Source: Myxococcota bacterium (lineage in GTDB: Bacteria; Myxococcota_A; SURF-8). From it: a stretch of 64,000 nucleotides of DNA. Both the position numbers and the translations under genes were made by a program. The notes under the pieces are model-generated. The model saw nothing but the letters and a program-made list of their open reading frames with translations. It did no database searches and was not told the DNA's origin. This document shows, piece by piece, positions 18,885-28,134 of this stretch. Within the stretch, counting starts at the first letter, position 1; each line of letters opens with the position of its first letter. Where the stretch lies: contig OZ223209.1 of NCBI GenBank assembly GCA_965140415.1, positions 5,248,001 to 5,312,000 on the forward strand. Direction: 5' to 3'.

Positions 18885-20654
18885 CTATTTTGCAAGGGGA
18901 GACAGCCGCTTTCGGCGCAGCACGCCAACCAGCAGCAGAAGAAGCAATAAGCCAGACATTCCATAGACTTGATGACAACCACCGCCGCTGCCGTCATCAG
19001 TGGACTGATCGCCATCAGTCGCAGGTCCGCTGGAATCCGCATCGCCATCAATACTGGAAGCATCCGAGTCGCTATCTCCATCGGAACCACTATCGCCGTC
19101 GGAACCACTATCGCCGTCGGAGGTCGTATCTCCATCACTTGTGGACTCGTCTCCATCGGAAGCAGTGTCCCCGTCGGTAGCAGCACTGTCCCCATCGGCA
19201 GGCTCATCACCATCTATTACAACGGTATCTCCATCTGAGACATCACCATCCGGCGTTTCATCGCCATCCACCACGACCGCATCGCCATCGGTGACATCTC
19301 CATCGGGCTCGATGTCGCCATCAGTCGACGTATCTCCATCGACAACCACAGCATCACCATCGGAATCATCGCCATCGGGAGTGATGTCTCCATCGACCTG
19401 AATCGAACAGTCCAGACCGGTGTGCTTGCTGTAATCCAGATGTACTTGCGGTCCACTCAGGGAACCCCCAAATCGCCCGCCTTCATCCCAATATTCCATC
19501 CGCAGGCTTTCGCCATCAATGGCAATTTTTACAAAATGCGCGCGTGCTGCACCCTGCACGCGGCCATCACAGGTCAAACTCAGTTCATTGAGCATCGCCA
19601 GCGCTTCGCCCTTGGAAGCTCCGCCGGTCGTTACGTGAATGGTTCCGTTGGCAGGGTCGCTGACAAAGCCCTGGCCGTTATGAGGCTGGAACAATTCGTA
19701 ATAGTGATTGTGACCGGTGAAAACCATATCCACATGATGTTGCTTGAAAATCGGCTGGTAAAGATGCCCCACCCCGCTTTCGTCGGGATCGTGACCCAGA
19801 CCGAAAATCGGACAAGTGAAAAACGGTTCGTGAATGAAAACGAATTTCCAAATGGCATCGGTCTGTTCGAGTTGCTCGTTCAGCCAGGCCGCCTGAATCT
19901 CCGGGCTTTCATCGTGATTATTGACCACCGCGAAAAAGGCGTTGCCATAGCGGAAAGAATAATAACTGCGATTGCCGCTGTCGTTGTTCTTCGGAGTTCG
20001 GAAAATACGAGTGATATTCTGCCCGTTGCCCTCGCCGGGACCATCGTCGTGATTGCCGATAATCGGCATGACGGGCACAAAACGACCCGCCGCCGTCAAC
20101 TCGTTAAGATAGCTGGCCCATTGATCGGTTTCAGCTCCATCCTTGACCAGATCCCCCGTATTGACCATTAAATTCACGCCCAATCCCATCGCATCGAGCA
20201 GCAGTTCTCCATACTGACCGGCAGAACCGGCTAGTTGGGAGCGATTATCCCCCATCGCAACAAAGGAAAACGGCTTGCAAGGATCGCCAGGACCGGTGGA
20301 AAAGATCAGATCATCACCGGTGAAACCACCGGCCACGATTCGATAATGATAGGTGGTTGCCGGATCAAGATTGGTCAAACGCACATGGTGAACGATACCC
20401 ACTTCGCCACCAAGCTCTTCAATCGCTTCGATAGGGGCGTTCTGTCCGTAGGATGGCGTTTTGCCGTAATCCACCCTGGCGTTAGGCTGGGAAAGATTGT
20501 CCGTCCAGGAAACGATCATTTCCGAATCGCCATGTTCGGTTAAAGTCAGCCAGGTCTGCATGGGAGCCGCAACTGCCATCGCTTGTAAGCCAATGAATGT
20601 CAGCATGCAAACCAAGACTCCCCAAAACGCTTTTTTCCGGCTGGAATACTTCAT
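18885..20654 (-). CDS. Purple acid phosphatase-like metallophosphoesterase with FN3-like N-domain, DGD repeats and MYXO-CTERM-like tail
   Basis: HHVRLTNL..YHYR, GD, TGDL, GNHD, H, GHNH motifs; C-terminal GSGGGC-TM-RRKR. Confidence 0.9.
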   Translation of the reverse strand: MKYSSRKKAFWGVLVCMLTFIGLQAMAVAAPMQTWLTLTEHGDSEMIVSWTDNLSQPNARVDYGKTPSYGQNAPIEAIEELGGEVGIVHHVRLTNLDPATTYHYRIVAGGFTGDDLIFSTGPGDPCKPFSFVAMGDNRSQLAGSAGQYGELLLDAMGLGVNLMVNTGDLVKDGAETDQWASYLNELTAAGRFVPVMPIIGNHDDGPGEGNGQNITRIFRTPKNNDSGNRSYYSFRYGNAFFAVVNNHDESPEIQAAWLNEQLEQTDAIWKFVFIHEPFFTCPIFGLGHDPDESGVGHLYQPIFKQHHVDMVFTGHNHYYELFQPHNGQGFVSDPANGTIHVTTGGASKGEALAMLNELSLTCDGRVQGAARAHFVKIAIDGESLRMEYWDEGGRFGGSLSGPQVHLDYSKHTGLDCSIQVDGDITPDGDDSDGDAVVVDGDTSTDGDIEPDGDVTDGDAVVVDGDETPDGDVSDGDTVVIDGDEPADGDSAATDGDTASDGDESTSDGDTTSDGDSGSDGDSGSDGDSDSDASSIDGDADSSGPATDGDQSTDDGSGGGCHQVYGMSGLLLLLLLVGVLRRKRLSPLAK

Positions 20655-21317
20655 CCTGACCACCCTTTCATACTTCACTGTCCGTATTTCGGTGTGAATC
20701 AACATGCTGAATACTCATAATTATCATATATAGATCGTATAGCCTTAGCAAAGAGAGTCAATGATTATTTGTTTTTTGTTATGTTTTTGTTAACAACATC
20801 TCCACTTTTCGGGACATTCGTCAGCACAGTATCCTAACACAAAGCAGCTATCCCTTTTAATGGCTCAATCGCAAAGCTCTCTTGAACCACATGAGAAAGA
20901 CAGTGGCAAACGTTCCCACAATAAGCCGGGAAACAATACTTGCGGGTACTGTCGTCTTGGTTTTTCTGGTGCTATTCGTTGGATCCACCTTCCACGCGGG
21001 ACACCGATAAAAGAATCCAGAGAACGCAAGCAAGATGGGGACGATCCTCTACAGCGTTTTGTGCTTATTTCAGTATTCCACCTTGATCCACACTCGTGGC
21101 TTTCACCATGAATGGCAAGCCGGGGACACATCCACAAACATCCGTTCGAGCGCTAACCCTGCCAATTTTCACGTTATTTAAAACCAGTACAGGAAAATTT
21201 TGGTTGCATCGATGCACGGCTTTCGTATACTGGTAAAAAGATGGAAAGTCTCCCGGAAATTTCAAAGATCCGAGTCAACTGGTAAACGAACCGAACATTT
21301 GCCGGAATGGGGAAGCC

Positions 21318-21644
21318 ATGAGCGACGAATACAAAGATCGGAAATATCCCAGGGTACGAGTCAAAGGCACGGTGGACGTTTCATCGTCGGACTTGCTGCT
21401 TTTCAATGAAATCGAGAACATCAGCCTGGGAGGGCTGTGCATCCGCACCGCAACACCGGAAAGAATCGGCCAGAAAGTCGAGTTGGTGTTCAATTTCCCG
21501 GAAACGGGTCAGGAATTGGAATTACATGGGGAAGTCGCCTGGATCTCCGACGCTCCCGACCCGGTAATGGGCGTCCGCTTTTTAGACATGGACGACGAAA
21601 GAAAAAAAGAGCTGGAGCAGTATCTCTATTCCGACGAGGCGTAA
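21318..21644 (+). CDS. Single-domain PilZ protein
   Basis: RKYPR (RxxxR) and NISLGG motifs, MGVRF. Confidence 0.88.
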   Translation: MSDEYKDRKYPRVRVKGTVDVSSSDLLLFNEIENISLGGLCIRTATPERIGQKVELVFNFPETGQELELHGEVAWISDAPDPVMGVRFLDMDDERKKELEQYLYSDEA

Positions 21645-21699
21645 TCGCCCTGTTGTAAACCCAAAAAGAAGAACATATCCATGCGGGAGCACCGAACGG

Positions 21700-22122
21700 A
21701 TGAACATCTCAAAGGAAACTGTGCGCACACTGCTTGCGACGGCCAAGACCATGAGCGAGCGCGCCTACGCACCTTATTCAAGCTTTCACGTCGGAGCGGC
21801 GCTTCTGGACGAGGACGGTGGTATTTACGGCGGCTGCAACGTCGAATGCTCCTCCTTCGGCGGCACCATCTGTGCGGAACGCTCGGCGCTGTGCCAGGCG
21901 ATTGCGGCGGGAAAACGCCGTTTCACAGCCATTCTGATCTACACACCGACGGCCACCCCGACGCCGCCTTGCGGCATCTGCCGCCAGATGCTGATGGACT
22001 TCAATCCGGAAATGACGGTAATCCTGGTGGATCAGCAGGAAACAATGGTGCGCCGCAAGCTGAAAACCCTGCTGCCGCTAGCCTTTACCGACTTCCAGGT
22101 TCCAGCAAAGAAACGCCGCTGA
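21700..22122 (+). CDS. cdd: Cytidine deaminase (homotetrameric type)
   Basis: AYAPYSSFHVGAAL, CAE, PCGICRQ, LLPLAF. Confidence 0.95.
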   Translation: MNISKETVRTLLATAKTMSERAYAPYSSFHVGAALLDEDGGIYGGCNVECSSFGGTICAERSALCQAIAAGKRRFTAILIYTPTATPTPPCGICRQMLMDFNPEMTVILVDQQETMVRRKLKTLLPLAFTDFQVPAKKRR

Positions 22123-23441
22123 TCCTTACCGGCGCGCGCATTCTGAATCCTCCCGATTTCATCGCCGGTCCGCCGAGCGACATCCTGATCGAAAAGGGAG
22201 AGATCGTCCGCGTGGGCGTCATTTACAAAGAAGACGCCCCTCACGCGCAGCAGATCGACTGCACGGACCTGGTGATCCTGCCCGGCTTCATTCAAACGCA
22301 TATCCACATGGCGCAGGTGCTTTTCCGGGGACTGGGTGAAGGCATGAACCTGCTGCACTGGCTTTCCCAGCGCGTACTGCCGCTGGAAGCCTCCCACGAC
22401 CCGGATACCCTGTACGCTTCCGCCAGGCTGGGCATTGCCGAGTTGTTGCTTGGCGGTAATACCACCATGCTGGATTTCGGCTCGGTGCATCACGCCGAAG
22501 CCATTTTCGAAGCCGCCAAGGATATGGGCATCCGGTTGACCGGCGGCAAAATCATGATGGATCGCGGCAAGGCAGTGCCGGCGAAACTGAAGCAGTCCAC
22601 CGATGAAGCTCTACAAGGCAGCGTAGAACTTTACGAGCGCTATCACGACACTGCAAACGGTCTCCTGCGCTACGCCTTTACACCGCGCTTCCTGCTTTCC
22701 TGCACACCGGAAGTCATGCGCGAATCCATAGCCCTGGCTGCCAAACACGACACCATCTGGCATACGCATATTGCCGAGCAAGTGCCGGAAATCCAGGCCG
22801 TAATGGATGAAACAGGGAAGTTCTCCCTGGTTTACCTCGACGAACTGGGCGCATCGCAGGCGCGCTTATGCCTGGCGCACATGATTCACCTGTCTTCCAA
22901 GGAACGCAAACTGATGCGCAACTGGCGAGTGGGTGTGCTGCACTGCCCGCGCGCCAACACGAAACTGGGCTCGGGCGTCTGCAAAGTACCGGAATTCCTG
23001 AAGGCGGATGTGCCGGTCGGCTTGGGCAGCGACGGCAGCGCCTGCAACAATCGCCTGGATATGTTCGAGGAAATGCGCGCCTCAGGCGCGTTACAGGATC
23101 TCAATGTCGGGCCGGGAACCTTGTCGGCAGCGACGCTGCTACAGATGGCTACCGCCAATGGCGCACGAGTGCTGGGACTGGAAGATCAAATCGGCTCGGT
23201 CAAAGAAGGTATGCGAGCGGACTTGACGGTTTTGGATTTGAGCGGTATTCCCATTGTCAGCGGCGCACCGGAAGCGGAAGCCATCGTTCACACCGGCGAC
23301 GCGCGCGCGGTGCGTTACGTGCTGGTGGATGGTGAAGTATTGGTTGCAGATGGCAAATTGTTACGAGCAGACGAACAGGAAATCACGACACAGGCCGCAC
23401 AGGCCGTTGCCACGTTGAAGAAGCGAGCTTTTGAGGAGTAA
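22119..23441 (+). CDS. Amidohydrolase, 5'-deoxyadenosine/MTA-SAH deaminase-like; start unresolved
   Basis: LILTGARIL first strand, PGFIQTHIH (HxH), HTHIAE, LAHMIH, GSDG..CNN. No ATG/GTG/TTG near the domain start (see findings). Confidence 0.85.
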   Translation: MILTGARILNPPDFIAGPPSDILIEKGEIVRVGVIYKEDAPHAQQIDCTDLVILPGFIQTHIHMAQVLFRGLGEGMNLLHWLSQRVLPLEASHDPDTLYASARLGIAELLLGGNTTMLDFGSVHHAEAIFEAAKDMGIRLTGGKIMMDRGKAVPAKLKQSTDEALQGSVELYERYHDTANGLLRYAFTPRFLLSCTPEVMRESIALAAKHDTIWHTHIAEQVPEIQAVMDETGKFSLVYLDELGASQARLCLAHMIHLSSKERKLMRNWRVGVLHCPRANTKLGSGVCKVPEFLKADVPVGLGSDGSACNNRLDMFEEMRASGALQDLNVGPGTLSAATLLQMATANGARVLGLEDQIGSVKEGMRADLTVLDLSGIPIVSGAPEAEAIVHTGDARAVRYVLVDGEVLVADGKLLRADEQEITTQAAQAVATLKKRAFEE

Positions 23442-23442
23442 A

Positions 23443-23970
23443 ATGGAACAAGAAATCAAAGTACTACTGAGCGAAGAACAGATTCAAACCCGCATCGCGG
23501 AATTGGGCAAACAGATTTCGGACGATTATCGCGGGCGCGACCTGCACGTGCTGGGTGTATTGAAAGGCGCCTTTATCTTCATGTCGGATCTGGTGCGTCA
23601 AATCGATGTGACCATGACCATGGATTTTCTGACGATCAGCAGTTACGGCGACCTGACGCATTCCACCGGTGTCGTTAAAATGCTGACCGATGTCACCGTT
23701 CCCATTGCCGGGCGTGACATTCTGATCGTGGAAGACATTGTCGATACCGGCTTGACGCTGCATTATCTGCTGGAGAATCTGAAAACGCGCAACCCGGCCA
23801 GCGTACGGATCTGTACGTTTTTGGACAAGCCGGAAGGCAGTAAAATACAGGTACCGGTGGATTACACCGGGTTCGTGATCCCAAACAAGTATGTTGTAGG
23901 TTACGGCCTGGATATCGCCCAGAAATATCGCAATCTGCCGTTTCTGGGATATGTCGAGACGGAGGAATAA
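23443..23970 (+). CDS. hpt: Hypoxanthine phosphoribosyltransferase
   Basis: GVLKGAFIF, LIVEDIVDTGLT PRPP motif, YVVGYGLD..YRNLP; GAGGAG RBS. Confidence 0.95.
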   Translation: MEQEIKVLLSEEQIQTRIAELGKQISDDYRGRDLHVLGVLKGAFIFMSDLVRQIDVTMTMDFLTISSYGDLTHSTGVVKMLTDVTVPIAGRDILIVEDIVDTGLTLHYLLENLKTRNPASVRICTFLDKPEGSKIQVPVDYTGFVIPNKYVVGYGLDIAQKYRNLPFLGYVETEE

Positions 23971-24365
23971 TGAAAGATCCCAACCAGTCGTCTGAAACCA
24001 AAACGGGAAAAATCGGCGACCGTCCCGATTGGGTGCGTACCGGTTCGGTATTTATTCGCGCCCTGCATCTGCTGGGAGCGTCGGTGGTTACAGGCGCCTA
24101 CCTGCTCGATTCTTCGCTGGCGAACATTCACCCCTACCTGATCATCGCGGCGGTTACGGGGCTGTTGCTGGTCATCACAGAAACGGTGCGGCACGTTCAG
24201 TTGTATCGCGAAGCGGCTGGCTGGGCAACGATTGTAAAAATCCTCCTACTCGCCTGGGTGCCGGTTTTTCCTGAAGCCAGCGTCTGCTTATTCACCTCGG
24301 CCTTTTTGCTGGCGGCGGTTTTCGCTCACTTGCCCCGCCGCTACCGACATCGATTGCTGTTTTAA
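23970..24365 (+). CDS. Small integral membrane protein (about 4 TM)
   Basis: Hydrophobic helices, TAATG overlap with hpt, GGAGG RBS. Confidence 0.7.
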   Translation: MKDPNQSSETKTGKIGDRPDWVRTGSVFIRALHLLGASVVTGAYLLDSSLANIHPYLIIAAVTGLLLVITETVRHVQLYREAAGWATIVKILLLAWVPVFPEASVCLFTSAFLLAAVFAHLPRRYRHRLLF

Positions 24366-24479
24366 ACTCGGTACGCCATCGTCCTGAAATAGTCGTTTTC
24401 TCGAAAATTAGTTTGATTTCCTGCTCAATTGCAGGACACTCATCCGGTACCGAGCACGAGCGCAATCCTTCAGCAATAG

Positions 24480-24508
24480 TTGACACCGTCGAGCGCCCGA
24501 AGTATAAG
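24480..24508 (+). promoter_or_regulatory. Sigma-70 promoter
   Basis: TTGACA-N17-TATAAG upstream of the 24577 gene. Confidence 0.65.
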
Positions 24509-24576
24509 GGAGGCGGGAGCGAATCTACATCGAAATAATGCTGGATAGTCTGGATGGTAAGGAAAGAGAGGGCAAG

Positions 24577-25671
24577 ATGAGGGGTTCTGCCATTAATGTT
24601 CTGTCCGTTGTATTGCCACTTTTGATACTGGGTCTCTTTGCAGGCTGTGCGTATACACCGAAAGTGGAGTTTGCCAAGGCGAACGCCGAAAAAACCGTTG
24701 TCGGTGTCGGCTATGGCTGGGGAGAAAAGGCCGAAGAAAAAGCGCGCACGGCGGCAATCAACGAAACCACCGTACTGGCCGTGCCACGTTCGATCGAATT
24801 TACGTATTTAAGAGTCGGTCCCTACACGATGTTCAAGACCGACAAGGTCGATGAAGCCGATCTGACATTGGGAGATCCCGAAAAGTTGCCGGATGGCGGT
24901 ATCAAGATCACCGCGACGGCTCCCCGCAGCACCGAGTCGCTACGAGCGATGCAATTCATGACAGTCGCTCACTTCGAGGTCGCCTGTGAAGGCGATACAT
25001 TCAAAGCCCGGCTGAAGAAATGCAATGGATTGATGTACGAACGGGCCATGTCCGCATCCGCCACCCGCAAATTCGGCACCGTCCCGGAAAAAATTCGTGG
25101 AAACTTCACCTTCTTCGACATCGACCGGCAGGACAACGGCAAAAGCAAGATGACCGTAAAAGCCAAGGCTTTCGTCGGTTTCCTGGGTACGGGAAAACTG
25201 GATGCTTCGGAAAAGAGCATGGTGCTGATGAATGCCTGGCGGCGGACCTGTGCTTCCGGCAATGGCGATAAAGCCTCCCCCATTTTCCGTCAAGCCTACA
25301 AAGCCAATCCCAACGCCCGGCAAGCAATGGAATACGCGTTATTCGAAATGAAGGAAAATCGCTTGAAAAACGCAATCTGGGCCACCAAGGCCGCCATCAA
25401 GATCAACCCGCACGAGTTGGACTACGTCAAAGTTCTGTATCAATTGTACAAACAGACCGGCGACACGGCCAGCATGAACAAAATCCAGGACAAACTGGTT
25501 GAACTGGAAGCCTGGGAGGAGAATCCGGGTGCGGATATCACTACCGGTTTGAGCTACAAGCAGACCATTCGCTGGACCAGCGGCGAGGAGGAATCCAACT
25601 CCAGCGGAATGATCAATTTCCGCGAAGTGGATGAAACCGAACTGGAAGCCATGAGCAAAGAGGAAAAGTAA
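24577..25671 (+). CDS. Lipoprotein with C-terminal TPR-like helices
   Basis: Lipobox FAGC; A..YKANP and AAIKINP TPR-like turns. Confidence 0.7.
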   Translation: MRGSAINVLSVVLPLLILGLFAGCAYTPKVEFAKANAEKTVVGVGYGWGEKAEEKARTAAINETTVLAVPRSIEFTYLRVGPYTMFKTDKVDEADLTLGDPEKLPDGGIKITATAPRSTESLRAMQFMTVAHFEVACEGDTFKARLKKCNGLMYERAMSASATRKFGTVPEKIRGNFTFFDIDRQDNGKSKMTVKAKAFVGFLGTGKLDASEKSMVLMNAWRRTCASGNGDKASPIFRQAYKANPNARQAMEYALFEMKENRLKNAIWATKAAIKINPHELDYVKVLYQLYKQTGDTASMNKIQDKLVELEAWEENPGADITTGLSYKQTIRWTSGEEESNSSGMINFREVDETELEAMSKEEK

Positions 25672-25728
25672 ACCAGAAATTCCTTGACTTTCGGCTGAAA
25701 GTGACGTAATCAAAACCACCTGTGAGGA

Positions 25729-25804
25729 GCCCAGGTAGCTCAGTAGGTAGAGCAGGGGACTGAAAATCCTCGTGTGGGCGGTTCGATTCCGTCCCTGGGC
25801 ACCA
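25729..25804 (+). tRNA. tRNA-Phe(GAA)
   Basis: GCCCAGG/CCTGGGC acceptor stem, anticodon loop CTGAAAA, GGTTCGATTCC T-arm, encoded CCA. Confidence 0.97.
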
Positions 25805-25814
25805 AAAGAATTCG

Positions 25815-25848
25815 CCCCATTTTCCATCTCGGAGAATGGGGTTTTCTT
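25815..25848 (+). terminator. Intrinsic terminator after the tRNA
   Basis: CCCCATTTTCC/GGAGAATGGGG stem followed by TTTTCTT. Confidence 0.7.
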
Positions 25849-25977
25849 ATTTGCCTATTTCGTTGTAGAGTAAACTCTGAAGTCTCCCCAACGGCTTCAT
25901 GAGTTGCTTGCTTTCCTTTCGGTTTTATGCAAGTGTGGTGCGGTCTATAAGCATCGAACCGCTTCGGAGTAGTCAGG

Positions 25978-27417
25978 TTGATCCAGAATAGTAAACCACC
26001 ATCCAAATCGAATCCCGATTCCGATCATGTATTATATACGTTGCTACCGGACATCGTATTTCACGTCCAGTACGACGGCTTTATCCTGCATTGTAAACTG
26101 AATTGCTCCCAAGCCGTATTCACTTCTAAAGGCCCCATGACCTTCGAAGGCCGTTACCTGCACGATATCCGTGATATCGGAGATGCAGACACGGAAATGG
26201 CGGTCGTTCGTAAAGCAATCGATCAGAAGCAGATTCTGGAACGCAATTATACGGTTAGCGTTCTCGGAGAAATCAAGCACTACTACATTCGCGTAGCACC
26301 GGATGACCAGCACAATGCCTGGGTCTTTATTCGCGACGATACCAGCCGGGTACACGCTCTGGATACGCTGACGCGCAGCGAAAACCGCTATCGGGCGCTG
26401 GTCAACGCCATGAACGAGGGTTGCGCCTTTTTTGACATTGAATTCGATGATTATGGCCAGGTGTGCGACGCCTCGATTGTCGATGCCAATACCAGCTTCG
26501 AACGTCTGACCGGACTGGTGCGTAAAAGCATTGTGGGGCGCAGCCTGAAATGGCTGTTCAAAGATTTCGCCGACACATGGATCCACTACTTCCAGAAATG
26601 CCTGAACGACGAGCGGGAGGTGCATATCACCCGTTATTCGGAGTTGTTCAAGCGCCATTTCGAATACCGGCTGCATTCACCCAAGCCAAAACGAGTCGTA
26701 ATGACTTTGACCGATGTCACAGACCGGGTTCATGCCACCGAAATGGCGGAAGCTTCCCAGCAACAGTTGCGCGATCTGCACACGCACATTCAAAGTGTGC
26801 GGGAAGACGAGCGCCGTTGCATCGCCCATGAAATCCACGACGAACTTGGACAAACCCTTACCGCCATCCGCATCGGGTTAAAGCGCTTGCAGCAACGCGC
26901 AGCGAGCAATCCGGAGGAAATCGAGAACACGACGGAGCAACTTCTTGATTTTACGGATCGCATGCTGGTTACCGTCAAGCGCATCTCCAGTGAACTGCGT
27001 CCCAGCGTGCTCGATCATCTTGGCCTGGCAGCGGCGATTGAGTGGCAGATCGAGGAATACAAGCGCAGCATCGGTGCGGATTGGACGATGGTTCAGGAAC
27101 TGGAAGAGGTGGATGTTCCTGCGGAAGTTGGAATTACGCTGTTTCGGGTACTTCAGGAAACCTGCACCAACATCGCGCGCCATGCCCTTGCCCAGCGCGT
27201 GAAAATCGTGTTGAAATCGGAAAAAGAGCACCTTGTACTGAGCATCAATGATAATGGCGTAGGTTTGAACTGCTACGATCCTGATCACCCGAGCACCTTC
27301 GGAATCCTTGGTATGCGCGAGCGCACCCAGGCGTTGGGAGGTACATTCGAAATCATCAGTAAGCCTTCTGTCGGTACGACCGTCACCGTTCGCTTGCCAC
27401 AACATGTTGTAGAATAG
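25978..27417 (+). CDS. Cytoplasmic PAS-PAS sensor histidine kinase (HisKA_3 type); start uncertain
   Basis: ERRCIAHEIHDELGQ H-box, LRPSVLDHLGL, QE..TNIARH, DNGVG, FGILGMRER. Confidence 0.9.
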   Translation: MIQNSKPPSKSNPDSDHVLYTLLPDIVFHVQYDGFILHCKLNCSQAVFTSKGPMTFEGRYLHDIRDIGDADTEMAVVRKAIDQKQILERNYTVSVLGEIKHYYIRVAPDDQHNAWVFIRDDTSRVHALDTLTRSENRYRALVNAMNEGCAFFDIEFDDYGQVCDASIVDANTSFERLTGLVRKSIVGRSLKWLFKDFADTWIHYFQKCLNDEREVHITRYSELFKRHFEYRLHSPKPKRVVMTLTDVTDRVHATEMAEASQQQLRDLHTHIQSVREDERRCIAHEIHDELGQTLTAIRIGLKRLQQRAASNPEEIENTTEQLLDFTDRMLVTVKRISSELRPSVLDHLGLAAAIEWQIEEYKRSIGADWTMVQELEEVDVPAEVGITLFRVLQETCTNIARHALAQRVKIVLKSEKEHLVLSINDNGVGLNCYDPDHPSTFGILGMRERTQALGGTFEIISKPSVGTTVTVRLPQHVVE

Positions 27418-27428
27418 GCAGTGTCACC

Positions 27429-28061
27429 ATGATCCGTATTCTCATCGTAGACGACCACTCCATCGTTCGTGCGGGATTGAAACAGATACTGGAAGATGTA
27501 GACGACATGGAAGTCACCGGCGAAACGGAAAACGCCGAGCAGACGCTGGAACTCATTCACGAACAGGCGTTTGACATCATGGTGCTGGATATTTCTCTTC
27601 CTGGCCGTGACGGCATCGACCTGTTGAAGCAAATCGTCAAAATCAAGCCGGAGTTGCCTGTACTGGTTTTAACGGTACATTCCGAAAGCCAGTATGCCGT
27701 TCGCACGCTTAAAGCGGGAGCCTGGGGCTTTTTGAATAAGGAAAGCGCCCCGGACGAGTTGGTCAATGCCTTGCGCTGCATCGCCTCCGGGCGACGCTTT
27801 ATCAGCCATGCCGTGGCGCAGGTGCTGGCCCGGGAACTGGGACCGAGCGATTTTGAAAGTCCCCATCGCCGCCTAAGCGATCGGGAACACGAAGTGCTGC
27901 TGGCGCTGGCAGCGGGTCAGTCCATCACGGAAATCGGCGAACGGCTGGCCATCAGCATCAAAACGGTTAGCACCTATCGAACGCGCATCCTGCAAAAAAT
28001 GCATATGAAAACCAACGCCGAACTGATCCGCTACGCGATTGAAAACAAGCTGTTGGATTGA
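27429..28061 (+). CDS. NarL/FixJ family response regulator
   Basis: IVDDH, LDISLP receiver; LSDREHEV..SIKTVSTYR LuxR HTH. Confidence 0.93.
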   Translation: MIRILIVDDHSIVRAGLKQILEDVDDMEVTGETENAEQTLELIHEQAFDIMVLDISLPGRDGIDLLKQIVKIKPELPVLVLTVHSESQYAVRTLKAGAWGFLNKESAPDELVNALRCIASGRRFISHAVAQVLARELGPSDFESPHRRLSDREHEVLLALAAGQSITEIGERLAISIKTVSTYRTRILQKMHMKTNAELIRYAIENKLLD

Positions 28062-28134
28062 TGTCGAATATCGCTTGGGTGGGTGATGACCGTTGGAACT
28101 TGGCTACATCGACTGTTGGAGCAGGGCTCCTGTC

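Noticed and set aside
20860-21137. Small ORFs in the gap between the phosphatase and PilZ genes
   Set aside because: No convincing RBS or motif on either strand; could be a decayed gene but cannot be supported.
21681-22118. 146-aa N-terminal extension of the 586-aa amidohydrolase ORF
   Set aside because: It overlaps the clearly real cdd in another frame and reads as non-protein-like; treated as an open shadow frame, not a true N-terminus.
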